A stretch of DNA of 64,000 nt from Coleofasciculus chthonoplastes F2-STO-03 (GCA_040222015.1 JAVJWO010000046.1:34424-98423); one strand, 5' to 3'; positions 26,325 to 36,435 are shown, numbered from the stretch's first letter. Notes: a model not told the origin generated them from the letters alone. Made by a program: numbers and translations.

Positions 26325-27662
26325 CTACGAAACCTCCCCAAAATTCGCCAAGCGAGAACCAAAATAGTCACGATAAAGCTCGCATCGAATCATTACCTTA
26401 TTTCCCGTTAAATTCACCAGTCCCAAACTTTCTAGCTGATAAGCAAGTTTAGAAGCTAATTCCACACTCTGGCTTGCCTCCAGCACTTTTTTCAGCGCCG
26501 GAATCAAGGCTGGATTGTCCTGCAATTCGCGCCAAATCTTTCGTAAATCATTCCCATAAATCCCTGAATCCGTCGCCGCTTCATTCAATAGCTGGGTTAA
26601 GGTCATCGTTCCAACAGTTTGTAGTCCAACCAAGGCTTGTTTAATTAAACCCGGATTTCCTCCCACCCGATTCATTAATAAATTAACATCAGCCTGACTT
26701 AATCCCTGTCCATGCTTTTGGGCTAACTCAGTCACCTGTTCGGCTGTAAATTCGGGCAGAGCAATCGTTAATCCCACATTAAACGGTGAGTGATTGATAT
26801 CCAGCGGAATATAAGCTTCCGTCGAATGAGACACAATTAATCGCAGTTTTTGCCAATTATCAATGATTTTACTATCTTCATGCCATGCCCGCAGCATACC
26901 AAAGAAATCTTGGGCAATAGGCAAATGCGAGAAAAGGCGATCAACTGTATCCAAACCTAAAACGAGGGGGCAATCAATTTGTTCTAATAAATAGTCCTGA
27001 AAATAAGCCGAACAGTTATCATTACTACTGAGATCCACATCCCAATAGTCCTGGAGTTGTAGCGGTTTTTGTAGCTGACGACTGACACTGATACACAACC
27101 AACGCAAAAATTGATCTAGATCTTGCACCACCGATTCTTCCGGTTGGCACAAATTTAAATAGACTTTGTGATAGCCTTGTTGTTGAACGGAATTCAAAAC
27201 TCTTGCCATTAACTCCGTCTTCCCCATTTGTCGTGATGCTTTAATCCGGATCAACGCACCGGGTTCAAAAAGTTTTTTATAGCACAGCGATTCAAGCGGG
27301 GGACGTTCAACATAAGGAGAATTGGCGATTGGATAGGGATGACTTCCCGCCGTTTTGTTCATCCATAGAGTGCTATTCCCTTGACAGAGAATATACCCCT
27401 TTTTTAACCAATCTCTGACCATCTTAAATTTTCCCTTTTTATCGGTACTTAGCCGAGGACAACTGGTGACTAAATGAGTATACACTCCCTTTCCCAGTCG
27501 CCGTTGCAGTGTCACTTCACTAATATTCAAATCCTGTGCTACCTGAATATCAGAACGGGGTAAATTCCGCTCATTAAACCGAACTAAGAAAGCTTGTCGC
27601 TCATCTTCTTCAAACAAATCATGAGCATCAGCGACTCGTTTTAGAAATGCATCCCACAACAT
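26325..27662 (-). CDS. N-terminal HTH + AAA_35 ATPase
   Basis: QVAQDLNISEVTLQRRL HTH; YVERPP, RQMGKT, LGLDTVD, SPFNVG, CELYRDYF. Confidence 0.88.
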   Translation of the reverse strand: MLWDAFLKRVADAHDLFEEDERQAFLVRFNERNLPRSDIQVAQDLNISEVTLQRRLGKGVYTHLVTSCPRLSTDKKGKFKMVRDWLKKGYILCQGNSTLWMNKTAGSHPYPIANSPYVERPPLESLCYKKLFEPGALIRIKASRQMGKTELMARVLNSVQQQGYHKVYLNLCQPEESVVQDLDQFLRWLCISVSRQLQKPLQLQDYWDVDLSSNDNCSAYFQDYLLEQIDCPLVLGLDTVDRLFSHLPIAQDFFGMLRAWHEDSKIIDNWQKLRLIVSHSTEAYIPLDINHSPFNVGLTIALPEFTAEQVTELAQKHGQGLSQADVNLLMNRVGGNPGLIKQALVGLQTVGTMTLTQLLNEAATDSGIYGNDLRKIWRELQDNPALIPALKKVLEASQSVELASKLAYQLESLGLVNLTGNKVMIRCELYRDYFGSRLANFGEVS

Positions 27663-27762
27663 ATAGCCATTTCCCTGTAATAATCGGTAGGCGCGAGTTT
27701 AGTCTATACCTAGAGGATACCACCGATAACTTTTCCACAAAACCCGCCCTGACTCAAAACGG

Positions 27763-27812
27763 TGATACCTTTTGATACCTTTTGATACTTTTCGATACCT
27801 TTTGATACTTTC
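27763..27812. promoter_or_regulatory. Five phased 10-bp direct repeats ([T/C]GATAC[C/T]TTT) in divergent intergenic region
   Basis: tgataccttt tgataccttt tgatactttt cgataccttt tgatactttc. Confidence 0.65.
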
Positions 27813-28330
27813 TGCAAATTTCCGTGCTATAGGTTAGCGGGAAAATTGATAGGTTGCGGGGGGTTAAGGTGAGTCAGTCTGTTCTTTAATAAGGATAGTC
27901 AGAACATCCACGAATTGGATCTAGGCAAGCCTAATCACGCCGGATTTCCCATTTTCCAAGGACAAAGGCAAAATGACATAAGACGAACCTGAGTTTGTAT
28001 CAGTTTATAAATAAAACGCACCCCTTTATACACGATGCAGTATTCTAGTCGTAGGGTGCGTTAGCAAAGCGTAACGCACCGCATCAGACTTGAGTTTTCA
28101 GGGAAGTAGCCGTGCTAAATTTAGTGCCTTAACTTAGCTGACAATGGTGACATCCTAGGACTAGGTTACAGAAAGCAGGCAACATCCAAGCTAACCCGAT
28201 TTTGATTTCGTTCCAAGGGATTAACCGACTTACGTTGATAGGCTAAAGCTCTGACTACAGCCACGCCATAAAACCTAACAAAATTTAGGGCTAAGGTTCC
28301 CTGACTCCATAACAGTTTAAGGAGAAAGCT

Positions 28331-29263
28331 ATGTCTAATCGTAATACAGTATTAATTAGCGCAAAACTGATTAGTTTAACCGCTGCAATGGGCTTAATTT
28401 TTCCCACAGGAGAAGCCGCAAAAGCCGCCACCTTTCGAGCGTTAAATGAAGGAGCTACTATAAATGTCTTTGAAGAATGTCTCAACGATGGCGGCGTAAT
28501 TGATATCGACAAAAAACCCAGACCAAAACCTAGTGATGACGCCCCCTGGGATCATAGTCCAGATTCCCCTAATGATGGCGTTGATGGCAATATCATTGGT
28601 GGCAAAGATAATCGCTATGAACTCTACGGGATGTCTGTCAAAGAAACCGTTGATAGCATTTTGGTTGTCCTCAATGGCAATATGCCTTTAACTGGTGTGG
28701 ATGGAACGGGTGCAGATGACGCTAATACGGGTTGGGGTGATTTATTCATCAACTTGACGAATCAAGACTTTACCACCGCCAGTGACGCGGGTGATTTATT
28801 TGCCGTTCGTTTCTCTCCCAACAGTGATTCCGGCGCACCCCAAGTGGGTTTATACGCCAATGTCACCGCCAAAAGTGTTACCGGAGAAAACAATGGTTTT
28901 GGCAGTATAGCAGCCTATAATAATGCTGTGGTTACCCGAGACTGTATTCCCGGTTTATGTGAACCCAGTTTCGGGGATTTACCCGCCACAACAACCTATT
29001 TTGACCAAGCCCAAAGTCTCAACTCTATTGCATCGGGAGAGTTTATTGCCGATATTATGTATCTGAGTGACTCTGATTTAATAACGGCGGGGTATGACTT
29101 AGATCAGTTTGATGGCAACCACAATATTGCCTTTAAGTTTGACAAATCCGGTATTTGTGAACGAGATTACTGTGAATCTGTACCTGAGCCAGGTACCGTC
29201 TTTGGGTTAGCCACCTTCGGCTTAATTTTTGCTAGTCAAATCCGCAAGCGTCGTCGGATGTAA
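28331..29263 (+). CDS. PEP-CTERM exosortase-targeted surface protein (XDD3-like)
   Basis: Signal peptide; YELYGM..KET, GWGDLF; VPEPG + TM + RKRRR. Confidence 0.88.
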   Translation: MSNRNTVLISAKLISLTAAMGLIFPTGEAAKAATFRALNEGATINVFEECLNDGGVIDIDKKPRPKPSDDAPWDHSPDSPNDGVDGNIIGGKDNRYELYGMSVKETVDSILVVLNGNMPLTGVDGTGADDANTGWGDLFINLTNQDFTTASDAGDLFAVRFSPNSDSGAPQVGLYANVTAKSVTGENNGFGSIAAYNNAVVTRDCIPGLCEPSFGDLPATTTYFDQAQSLNSIASGEFIADIMYLSDSDLITAGYDLDQFDGNHNIAFKFDKSGICERDYCESVPEPGTVFGLATFGLIFASQIRKRRRM

Positions 29264-29595
29264 AGTCAGGGATTCTTGAGCCTTAGTTTTTAGAGTATGT
29301 GGCACAACGAAGGGAAGTAAGTTAGTTGAGTAGGAGATAATGTAGGGGCGGGTTTCACTACATCCGTGTCAACTTAAGCCAAAACCCTTGTCAATTCTGG
29401 TTTACAGCTATTCAAGAGAAGCATAGCCTCAACCGAGACATTTCCTTACAGCACTTTCCGCTCTTATGAGATACGTTTGATCCCCCTAAATCCCCCATGC
29501 AAAAAAAGCTCTCGTATCCTCTGTCCTCCGGAACGAGGGGGGGGTTGGGGGACTTTAACGGTAGCAGGGTGTGTTAATACAGCCGTTACCCCTGT

Positions 29596-29700
29596 AATGT
29601 CAAGAATTGCTCTCATCCTTGTAGTGCGTTAAGCGAAGCCATGCCGCAGGCTTTGCATCTTGCTCGCTACCCATTCCCAATTTAAATGCGTGACAGCTTA
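29596..29700 (-). mobile_element. Partial MITE (inverted copy of 54940..55042 family) with nested ~26-nt insertion
   Basis: gcatcttgctcgctac...aatttaaatgcgtgacagctta matches reverse complement of 54940 element. Confidence 0.7.
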
Positions 29701-29856
29701 GACAAACCTTCTATTGTAGGGGCGACCCGCACAAATTAACAACTGTGTCCACTCATCTGGCTCGGGTCGCCCTTTACCGGGTTAAACTGATACCTGAAAG
29801 TTTGGGGGTTAAAGTTAGGAAAGCTGTTCCCTGTTAAATGAGTAAATTTATTCTCA

Positions 29857-31299
29857 TCAGAATCCCCGTAAAGGACTAACTTCCAGCACACCATTCGGCT
29901 TAAACACCACCTGAAACTGAGCTAAGGGTTTGTCGGGAACAAATCCGGTTTCTCCACTGCCAATACCAGCCGCTTCTGGGTTGGCTAATTCTGCCAACGG
30001 TGTTTCCTCGACATAATCCCAAGCTGGTTGATTGGTCGGTTCGTAGTCAGCAACTGTACCATCTTCAGTGACAGCCACTCGGTAATTTAATGGTCTTCGT
30101 GATAACGGTGTTCCTTCCCACCGTTCGTCTAACGTGTCGTAGAGTTGATTATTTAACTGTCTCAGTAACCTCCGCTCTGTGATTTCTGGTCCTAAACCCG
30201 GTTCTTCCTGATAGCCTTGCCAAGGACTGATTTGCAACACACCACCTGGCGTAAATACCACCCGGAACAGAGCAAAGGTTTCTCGGCTGGCTGTACCGCC
30301 TTCTGTGGGAATATAGCTCAACTCCGGTAAAGGCGTGTTTTCTGCACTATCAACAGGTGTATCATCAACGGGCTTATACCCGATAATATCTCCGTCTCCG
30401 CCAACCGTAACCTGATACTCTAAATTCTGACTTAATCCTTCCCGGTTATCCCACTCTTGATTGAGTTCTCTGTGCAGATAACGCTTCAAATAACTCAACT
30501 CCGTGGGATTCGTAATCTCTTGAGTGTCGGTTAATTCGTCTTCCAATTCAGCCGCCGAAGGGGGACTTGAGGTGGGGGTTGGGGTGACTTGACCTGGGCT
30601 ATCTGGGGTTGGAGACGTTGTTTCCGTAGCATTAGACTCAGAGGCTGGCTTGGGAGGACGCACTTCGGGGACAGGTACAAAGAATAAAGCCAACGCCGCT
30701 ACAGCTAAACTCGTCACGCCAATCGCAGCGGGTGCGCTTCTCTGGGCGACGGATTGGTCAGCTTTGCGATACCGTCGGGAAATCGGTTGTAAGGGTACAG
30801 CCAGATCAGGCAAGGTGTGCTGATCCGCGAGGAACTGATCGATCGCCTCAACTAAATCAAATAGCTGTACCGTGGTTAAATCAAGCTGTACAGGATTTTT
30901 GCCATCTATCCCTCCCGCAGAAGTCCCGGATGCGCTATGGGAATCAGCGGGAACACCCGAAAGTGCCTCTGCAGGTTGCCCCACCCTTAAACGGTGCAAG
31001 TTTTTATCCGGAAGTGATTGTAAATGCACTAAAGGCGGTTTAGCGCCATCAAGTTGAGGGTGAGGGATATGACTCAAAAATTCTTGAGCATAGCGACTAA
31101 CCGACTGAACTAAGCTCTCAAAAAAATCTCGTCCGCCGCTAATGGGTTGCGGCTGACCCATAAAACGGCATTCTGCGTTAACCAGAATCGTCATTAGGGG
31201 ACGAGCATCGAGCTGATCTCCCCCTGCGGAGTTTGTATCACTTAATCCCTCTAGGATCAGCGTACAGTTGGGCAAACTGTACTGGCGTCGAATTGTCAT
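29857..31299 (-). CDS. DUF4335 family protein
   Basis: IRRQYSLPNCTLILEG; LTTVQLFDLVEAIDQF. Confidence 0.88.
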   Translation of the reverse strand: MTIRRQYSLPNCTLILEGLSDTNSAGGDQLDARPLMTILVNAECRFMGQPQPISGGRDFFESLVQSVSRYAQEFLSHIPHPQLDGAKPPLVHLQSLPDKNLHRLRVGQPAEALSGVPADSHSASGTSAGGIDGKNPVQLDLTTVQLFDLVEAIDQFLADQHTLPDLAVPLQPISRRYRKADQSVAQRSAPAAIGVTSLAVAALALFFVPVPEVRPPKPASESNATETTSPTPDSPGQVTPTPTSSPPSAAELEDELTDTQEITNPTELSYLKRYLHRELNQEWDNREGLSQNLEYQVTVGGDGDIIGYKPVDDTPVDSAENTPLPELSYIPTEGGTASRETFALFRVVFTPGGVLQISPWQGYQEEPGLGPEITERRLLRQLNNQLYDTLDERWEGTPLSRRPLNYRVAVTEDGTVADYEPTNQPAWDYVEETPLAELANPEAAGIGSGETGFVPDKPLAQFQVVFKPNGVLEVSPLRGF

Positions 31300-31362
31300 C
31301 GTTTTTTCCTTATGGAATCCACTATTATAGCTACGGACGCTCTCAACTTTGGTTCGGATCGT

Positions 31363-31989
31363 TCATCCGACTTCTCCATCAAACAAACTGATCCAAAATC
31401 GCTGCATACCAGAGGTTCCTGTACAAAACAGCAACTGCGCTAACAGCGACAATGCTAGCTCATTTAACTTTTCATCGGTATTGTAGACAGAAACTTTTGC
31501 CCGTCGTGGGTTCATCCGGCTGCGGAAATGCGCCCGGAATCGCTCTAGATAAGAGGACAAGCGAAAATGTTGTTCGATGGGAACCTGCTTTTGATTCAGT
31601 TGTTCGTAAGCCAGAAGCAGTTGTCGGATCACAACCGTCATCCGGCGAGCCAGATAACTAGCTATAATCACTAATGCTTTGGCTTCTTCTAGATTCAGGG
31701 GACGGCGCGTGTGAGAGCGTCGCAAGGGATTAGTGCAGCGTAGACGCCAAAGAACCACACGATTGTTAATAATGTCCTGAAGTTCTAGCTGTTTGGCTAC
31801 CAGCAGCATCGCCTCAGAACCGCCCAGTTCCAGCGCTTCAATGGCAAGTAAAATCAGGTCAATCTGCTGCCGAGTTCGTGACGGACATCCCCGATCTGAG
31901 ATATCTGGATCGAGTAAATTATCTAAAATGACGGGATGGGATGGAGCAGCAGGACTGTTTGTCGGCATTACGTTTACAGAAAGAATCAT
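31363..31989 (-). CDS. DUF3038 family protein
   Basis: IDLILLAIEAL, NRVVLWRLRCTNPLRR, LLFCTGTSGMQRFWISLFDGE. Confidence 0.9.
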   Translation of the reverse strand: MILSVNVMPTNSPAAPSHPVILDNLLDPDISDRGCPSRTRQQIDLILLAIEALELGGSEAMLLVAKQLELQDIINNRVVLWRLRCTNPLRRSHTRRPLNLEEAKALVIIASYLARRMTVVIRQLLLAYEQLNQKQVPIEQHFRLSSYLERFRAHFRSRMNPRRAKVSVYNTDEKLNELALSLLAQLLFCTGTSGMQRFWISLFDGEVG

Positions 31990-33530
31990 TCAACTACCCC
32001 AACTTACTCCGTTGAGCCTTGAGGCGTCACTTCGTTGAAGTTGGGGATTGCATCTTGGCTCCACCTCAGCCCTGAATACCTAAAGCGGTAATCAGTTTTG
32101 GTTTCATCACCAGATACATCAGGGACGGCTGAAATACGCCCCGTACTCTCCCACTCTTGGCGAGAGAGTAGCACTCTCAGTGCAACATTCCTAGCACCAA
32201 CTAAATCAGCATGGAGAGTATAACCGCATTGCTGGCACACAAAAGTTAGACCCTTGTTGGGTCTATTTTCTTTAGATGTGTGACCGCAACACGGACAAGC
32301 CTGAGAAGTGTAATGAGCATTTACTTTTACAGCCAAGCTATCAGACAGTACAGCCTTGTAGTCAATAAAGCTGTGTAATTCTGCAAATGACCAGCTGGCT
32401 TTATTCCTGTTAGCTTTACGCTGTTTTTTCGATGCTTTTTTACCCTTCCTTTTCGGTCTTGTCCGCTCTCGAATGTGAGTTAAATTCTCCAATCCAATTA
32501 GCGTGTTAGGTGTTACAACTTGTTTGGCAATATAGTGATTTGTATCAGCGATAAACCGTCTCTCCCGTCCAGACAGTGCCACCAATCTACGAGTTGCACT
32601 ACGGGTGCCTTTACGCTGCAAAGACTTTCTCGCTCTCACATAACGAGAAGCCTTGTGTCTCACCTCTTTGCCACTGAAAAACTGAGTCTTGTTCCGAGTA
32701 TCTGCGGCAACAGCAATGTATCGCTCCCCAACATCCACACCCATGACTCGATTAATATCGGTTGGTATTAGTTTTGGTACTTCTACCTCCAGGCTTACTA
32801 ACAAGTAGTAAGTTTTAGTTGGCTTGGAGTACCAGAGCTTTGCTGCTCCGATTTTGGCGACTCCAGAATTAATCATTTCGAGGTGCTTGGAGTAGCCTTG
32901 ATAATTCACCTTGATCCGACCATTTAGAGTGATGACACTTACTTTCTGGTCTTTAACAAATGAGTAGTCACGTTGATAATTTAACGTGCAGGTGCGAGAA
33001 ACAAATTTGGGTGGCTTGTCCAATCCCTTGTATCGTTTCTTGGTTCGACCTGCTTTAAGCGCCGCCTCGTTCTGTTTTAGTTTTGTTCGCAATGATTTGT
33101 AGACTGCTCCTACTTGTCGAGGAACATTGCAAGCCATTTGTGAGGGAAGATTGAACCGCTCTCGCAACGTATAATAAACTTCCTTCTGAATCTTCGTGCC
33201 GTTGTAGGTTTTACACATTTCAAAAGCAATCTCAGAAGTAAAGTTTAGGGCATCCCTATACGCCAAAGAAGCCACTCGAAGCATTTCTTTCTGCTCCGAA
33301 GTGGCTTCTAATTTTAATTTGGCGGTTAGGGTTTGCCCCATCAATTTTACGTCCCCTACTCAAGCAATAGTTTTACGAGTTTATTCTATATTACCATAGT
33401 CGTAAGAAACAAGCTTTGTGTTGGACGGCTCTGTACCTCCGCCGTCCCGCCATTCCTCCCCCATCTACGCTTCGTGAGCTGAACGCTCACTCGTCACTCG
33501 CTTTGAGGAGGGGAAATCCTGGCGAGTTTT
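31990..33530 (-). mobile_element. IS200/IS605-family (IS1341-like, tnpB-only) element; ends +/-2 nt
   Basis: Right-end hairpin CCCCAACTT/AAGTTGGGG (31997-32046) ending GGGGTAGTTGA; left-end hairpin 33448-33524; no tnpA. Confidence 0.8.
32004..33344 (-). CDS. tnpB: RNA-guided endonuclease TnpB
   Basis: RuvC GVDVG / GLENL / HADLVGARN; zinc finger CPCC..CQQC; YTSQ. Confidence 0.95.
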   Translation of the reverse strand: MMGQTLTAKLKLEATSEQKEMLRVASLAYRDALNFTSEIAFEMCKTYNGTKIQKEVYYTLRERFNLPSQMACNVPRQVGAVYKSLRTKLKQNEAALKAGRTKKRYKGLDKPPKFVSRTCTLNYQRDYSFVKDQKVSVITLNGRIKVNYQGYSKHLEMINSGVAKIGAAKLWYSKPTKTYYLLVSLEVEVPKLIPTDINRVMGVDVGERYIAVAADTRNKTQFFSGKEVRHKASRYVRARKSLQRKGTRSATRRLVALSGRERRFIADTNHYIAKQVVTPNTLIGLENLTHIRERTRPKRKGKKASKKQRKANRNKASWSFAELHSFIDYKAVLSDSLAVKVNAHYTSQACPCCGHTSKENRPNKGLTFVCQQCGYTLHADLVGARNVALRVLLSRQEWESTGRISAVPDVSGDETKTDYRFRYSGLRWSQDAIPNFNEVTPQGSTE

Positions 33531-33754
33531 ATTGAATCGCCGCCCAGAATTAGGGTTATTGGCTAGGCACTTGCAGGACTAGCCCGTCTCATCGTTCAAC
33601 CCTCTAGATTTCTAGTGTACGATTTGGCTGGTAGCCAATGGCAAGTCACTGACTCACCCTTTCCGATGCGATCATGGCACAATAACTCACAATCGGTCGG
33701 TCTGCTTCCTTCTATTCAATTGTTAAACGTTTTAGTCAAGCTCCTTATCTACCT

Positions 33755-34273
33755 ATGGATTTAAAGTCGCTGATTCGAGATATCCCCGATTTTCCCAAAC
33801 CTGGAATCGTATTTCGGGATATCACCCCCCTGCTGCGCCACCCAGAGGGACTACGGTACACGATTGACCTCTTGGCTCAAACCTGTAAACAGGCGGGAAT
33901 CACACCAGATTATGTCGTCGGTATGGAATCCCGTGGCTTTCTTTTTGGTCCGGCTCTCGCCTATCAACTCGGCGCTGGGTTTATCCCTGTGCGTAAACCG
34001 GGTAAACTCCCATCCGCCGTGCATACCATTGAGTATGAACTCGAATATGGTATGGATCGCTTAGAAGTTCATCAAGATGCCTTTGATTCCGGTTGTCGTA
34101 TTCTGATTGCCGATGATTTAATCGCCACCGGAGGCACAGCCGCCGCTACTGCCAAGCTGGTGCAAAAAATTGGCTGTGAACTGGTGGGCTTTAGTTTTAT
34201 CATCGAACTAAGGGATTTACAGGGGCGTCAGAAGTTGCCTGATGTGCCGATTGTTACCTTGGTGGAGTATTAG
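33755..34273 (+). CDS. apt: Adenine phosphoribosyltransferase
   Basis: [31 protein letters not shown]. Confidence 0.97.
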   Translation: MDLKSLIRDIPDFPKPGIVFRDITPLLRHPEGLRYTIDLLAQTCKQAGITPDYVVGMESRGFLFGPALAYQLGAGFIPVRKPGKLPSAVHTIEYELEYGMDRLEVHQDAFDSGCRILIADDLIATGGTAAATAKLVQKIGCELVGFSFIIELRDLQGRQKLPDVPIVTLVEY

Positions 34274-34331
34274 GCATTGGTGATCGGTGATGAGTGATTG
34301 GGTATCTTCTTCAGTAAAGCAATAAGAACGA

Positions 34332-35396
34332 ATGACTTCTTCAACACAGGATTCTTCAACTCGCCATGGCTTAGATGGGGCGTGGACGGGGTTTATACGG
34401 ATTGTCACCAGTGAGACGTTTCTCTACATCGTCAAACGTTTCCTGCAAGCCTTATTAACCTTATTTCTGGCATCTGCCCTCAGTTTTGCCATCATTCAAT
34501 TGTCACCAGGCAATTACTTGGACACCCTGCGGCAAAATCCCAAGATTTCCCCGGAACGGATTGAGGAACTCCGACAACAATTTGGCTTGGATCAACCTGC
34601 CTACAAGCAATATTGGCGTTGGCTGGTGCGAGTGGTGACTCAGGGCGATTTTGGTGAGAGTTTTGTTTATTTTCGTTCCGTATCGTCTCTACTCTGGGAA
34701 CGCATCCCAGCCACCTTACTGCTAGCCATTTCCTCAATTATTGTCACTTGGGCGATCGCGATTCCGTTGGGGATTATTGCCGCCGTCAAGCAAAGCCGCT
34801 TTGCCGATCGCGCTTTACAGGTGATTAGCTATACCGGTCAGGGTTTTCCCAGCTTTATCACTGCCTTAGTGCTGCTAATTATCGCCCAATACACCTCACC
34901 GCTGTTTCCTGTGGGTGGCATGACCAGTATTAATCATGCCGATTTGTCTCCCATTGGTAAAGTCCTCGATATTGGATGGCACATGATTTTACCAACCCTT
35001 GCCCTCTCAGTCACTAGTTTTGCCGGACTTCAACGGATTACACGCGGGGCAATGTTGGATGTTTTGCGGCAAGATTATATCCAAACCGCCCGTGCCAAGG
35101 GACTTCCAGAAAATCGGGTCATCTATGTCCATGCCTTACGGAATGCCATTAATCCCCTAATCACCATCCTGGGTTTTGAATTTGCTAGTTTGTTAAGTGG
35201 TGCGTTTATTGCTGAATTTTTCTTTAATTGGCCCGGTTTAGGGCGATTGACATTACAAGCTGTCACGGCTAAAGATACCTATCTGGTGATGGCAGCCTTG
35301 ATGATGGCGGCAGCGATGCTAATTGTCGGTAACTTACTCGCTGATTTGCTGCTCAAATTTGTTGACCCGCGCATTCGCATCGAAAATCTCAAATAA
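34332..35396 (+). CDS. Peptide/nickel ABC transporter permease (DppB/OppB family)
   Basis: GDFGESF, DYIQTARAKGL, HALRNA, FNWPGLG, DPRIR. Confidence 0.92.
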   Translation: MTSSTQDSSTRHGLDGAWTGFIRIVTSETFLYIVKRFLQALLTLFLASALSFAIIQLSPGNYLDTLRQNPKISPERIEELRQQFGLDQPAYKQYWRWLVRVVTQGDFGESFVYFRSVSSLLWERIPATLLLAISSIIVTWAIAIPLGIIAAVKQSRFADRALQVISYTGQGFPSFITALVLLIIAQYTSPLFPVGGMTSINHADLSPIGKVLDIGWHMILPTLALSVTSFAGLQRITRGAMLDVLRQDYIQTARAKGLPENRVIYVHALRNAINPLITILGFEFASLLSGAFIAEFFFNWPGLGRLTLQAVTAKDTYLVMAALMMAAAMLIVGNLLADLLLKFVDPRIRIENLK

Positions 35397-35507
35397 TTCA
35401 TCAGAAGTCAAAAATATCAATTAGGCGTAGGTTGAGTTGAGGGGCGGGTTTAGCCCCATCTGGGTATAGAAAGAAAGGATAGTAGTGAAACCCGCCCCTA
35501 CAGAAGG

Positions 35508-35572
35508 AATGACAAATTAATAATGACAAATGACAAATTACGAATGACTAATGACTAATGACTAATGACCAA
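35508..35572. repeat. STRR heptamer array (AATGAC[A/T])
   Basis: Direct reading. Confidence 0.8.
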
Positions 35573-35577
35573 TCAAA

Positions 35578-35874
35578 ATGTTTAGCCAAATCTATTACTT
35601 AATTCTTTCCAGAGTTGATGGTCGCTATCTCATCGCCCAGCCTAATGCTAGGGATAGTGAGATGAGGGCAGGTTACTTATTGATGTTTCGCGAACGGTTT
35701 GAAGCCCTCAGCTATCTGAATACCCACGCCGCCGATCTGAGCGATCGCTTTGCCATTGAGTCCGTTTCGGGAACCCAGTTAAAAGGATTGCTTCAACGCT
35801 GGGGATTTCATGGGGTAGGGATTGTACAAGACCCCTTGATTCCCAAAATAGAGTTTCTATCGTATGGGGGATAA
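35578..35874 (+). CDS. Conserved cyanobacterial hypothetical protein
   Basis: YLLMFRE.FEALSYLN...LLQRWGF.GVGIVQDP. Confidence 0.75.
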   Translation: MFSQIYYLILSRVDGRYLIAQPNARDSEMRAGYLLMFRERFEALSYLNTHAADLSDRFAIESVSGTQLKGLLQRWGFHGVGIVQDPLIPKIEFLSYGG

Positions 35875-36036
35875 TATTAATTGCTTCTGTCTAAGGGTAG
35901 ATAGACTTTCCAAATTAGAAAACCTAATTCAAGATGGCGACAAATTCTATCTTTAGATAAGTGTTGACACTCCCCCGGTTAAAAACGCGGGGGATTCTTC
36001 GTTCATCCAATCACCTTAAAGTAGTAAAATCTAGCT

Positions 36037-36435
36037 TCAGCGACTTTTGCGGTAGGGAATGTCAGAATTGCTTAGGTTTTGTTGAATTGGTTCGTAGTAA
36101 CGGCAAGACTGACAAGGACCATCTGGATTAACAGCACAACGCACAAGTTCAGAATTCGCATTATATTCACAACTCGCATCGCCGAGGACCCAGCGCCCAT
36201 CGACCAAACTTTTCTCCGTCGGGCGCGGAGCTGATTGGACATACAGGGCAATTTTGTGTAAACGATAACGCCCAGATTTTAGAAGATACCGATGGCGACG
36301 CTCTAAGACAGCGTAGGTTTGACCCTTATAGTCAAGATAATTACCCGGTTGGGGAGTCCAATTTAATCGGATATTACCCAGACTCTGACGCGATTGCGTC
36401 AGGATTAGCTCTGCGGGAAGAGAATCTGGCTCCAT
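36037..36435 (-). CDS. Conserved cyanobacterial protein (DUF6464-like)
   Basis: LERRHRY; GDASCEYNA.S...RCAVNP.GPC..C. Confidence 0.8.
   Translation of the reverse strand: MEPDSLPAELILTQSRQSLGNIRLNWTPQPGNYLDYKGQTYAVLERRHRYLLKSGRYRLHKIALYVQSAPRPTEKSLVDGRWVLGDASCEYNANSELVRCAVNPDGPCQSCRYYEPIQQNLSNSDIPYRKSR

Noticed and set aside
25974..26452. ORFs 25974..26222 and 26165..26452
   Set aside because: Translations of STRR/REP DNA overlapping real genes
27731..27739. DnaA box next to the 10-bp array (second origin?)
   Set aside because: Single box overlapping a REP end also seen near 39270; likely coincidental
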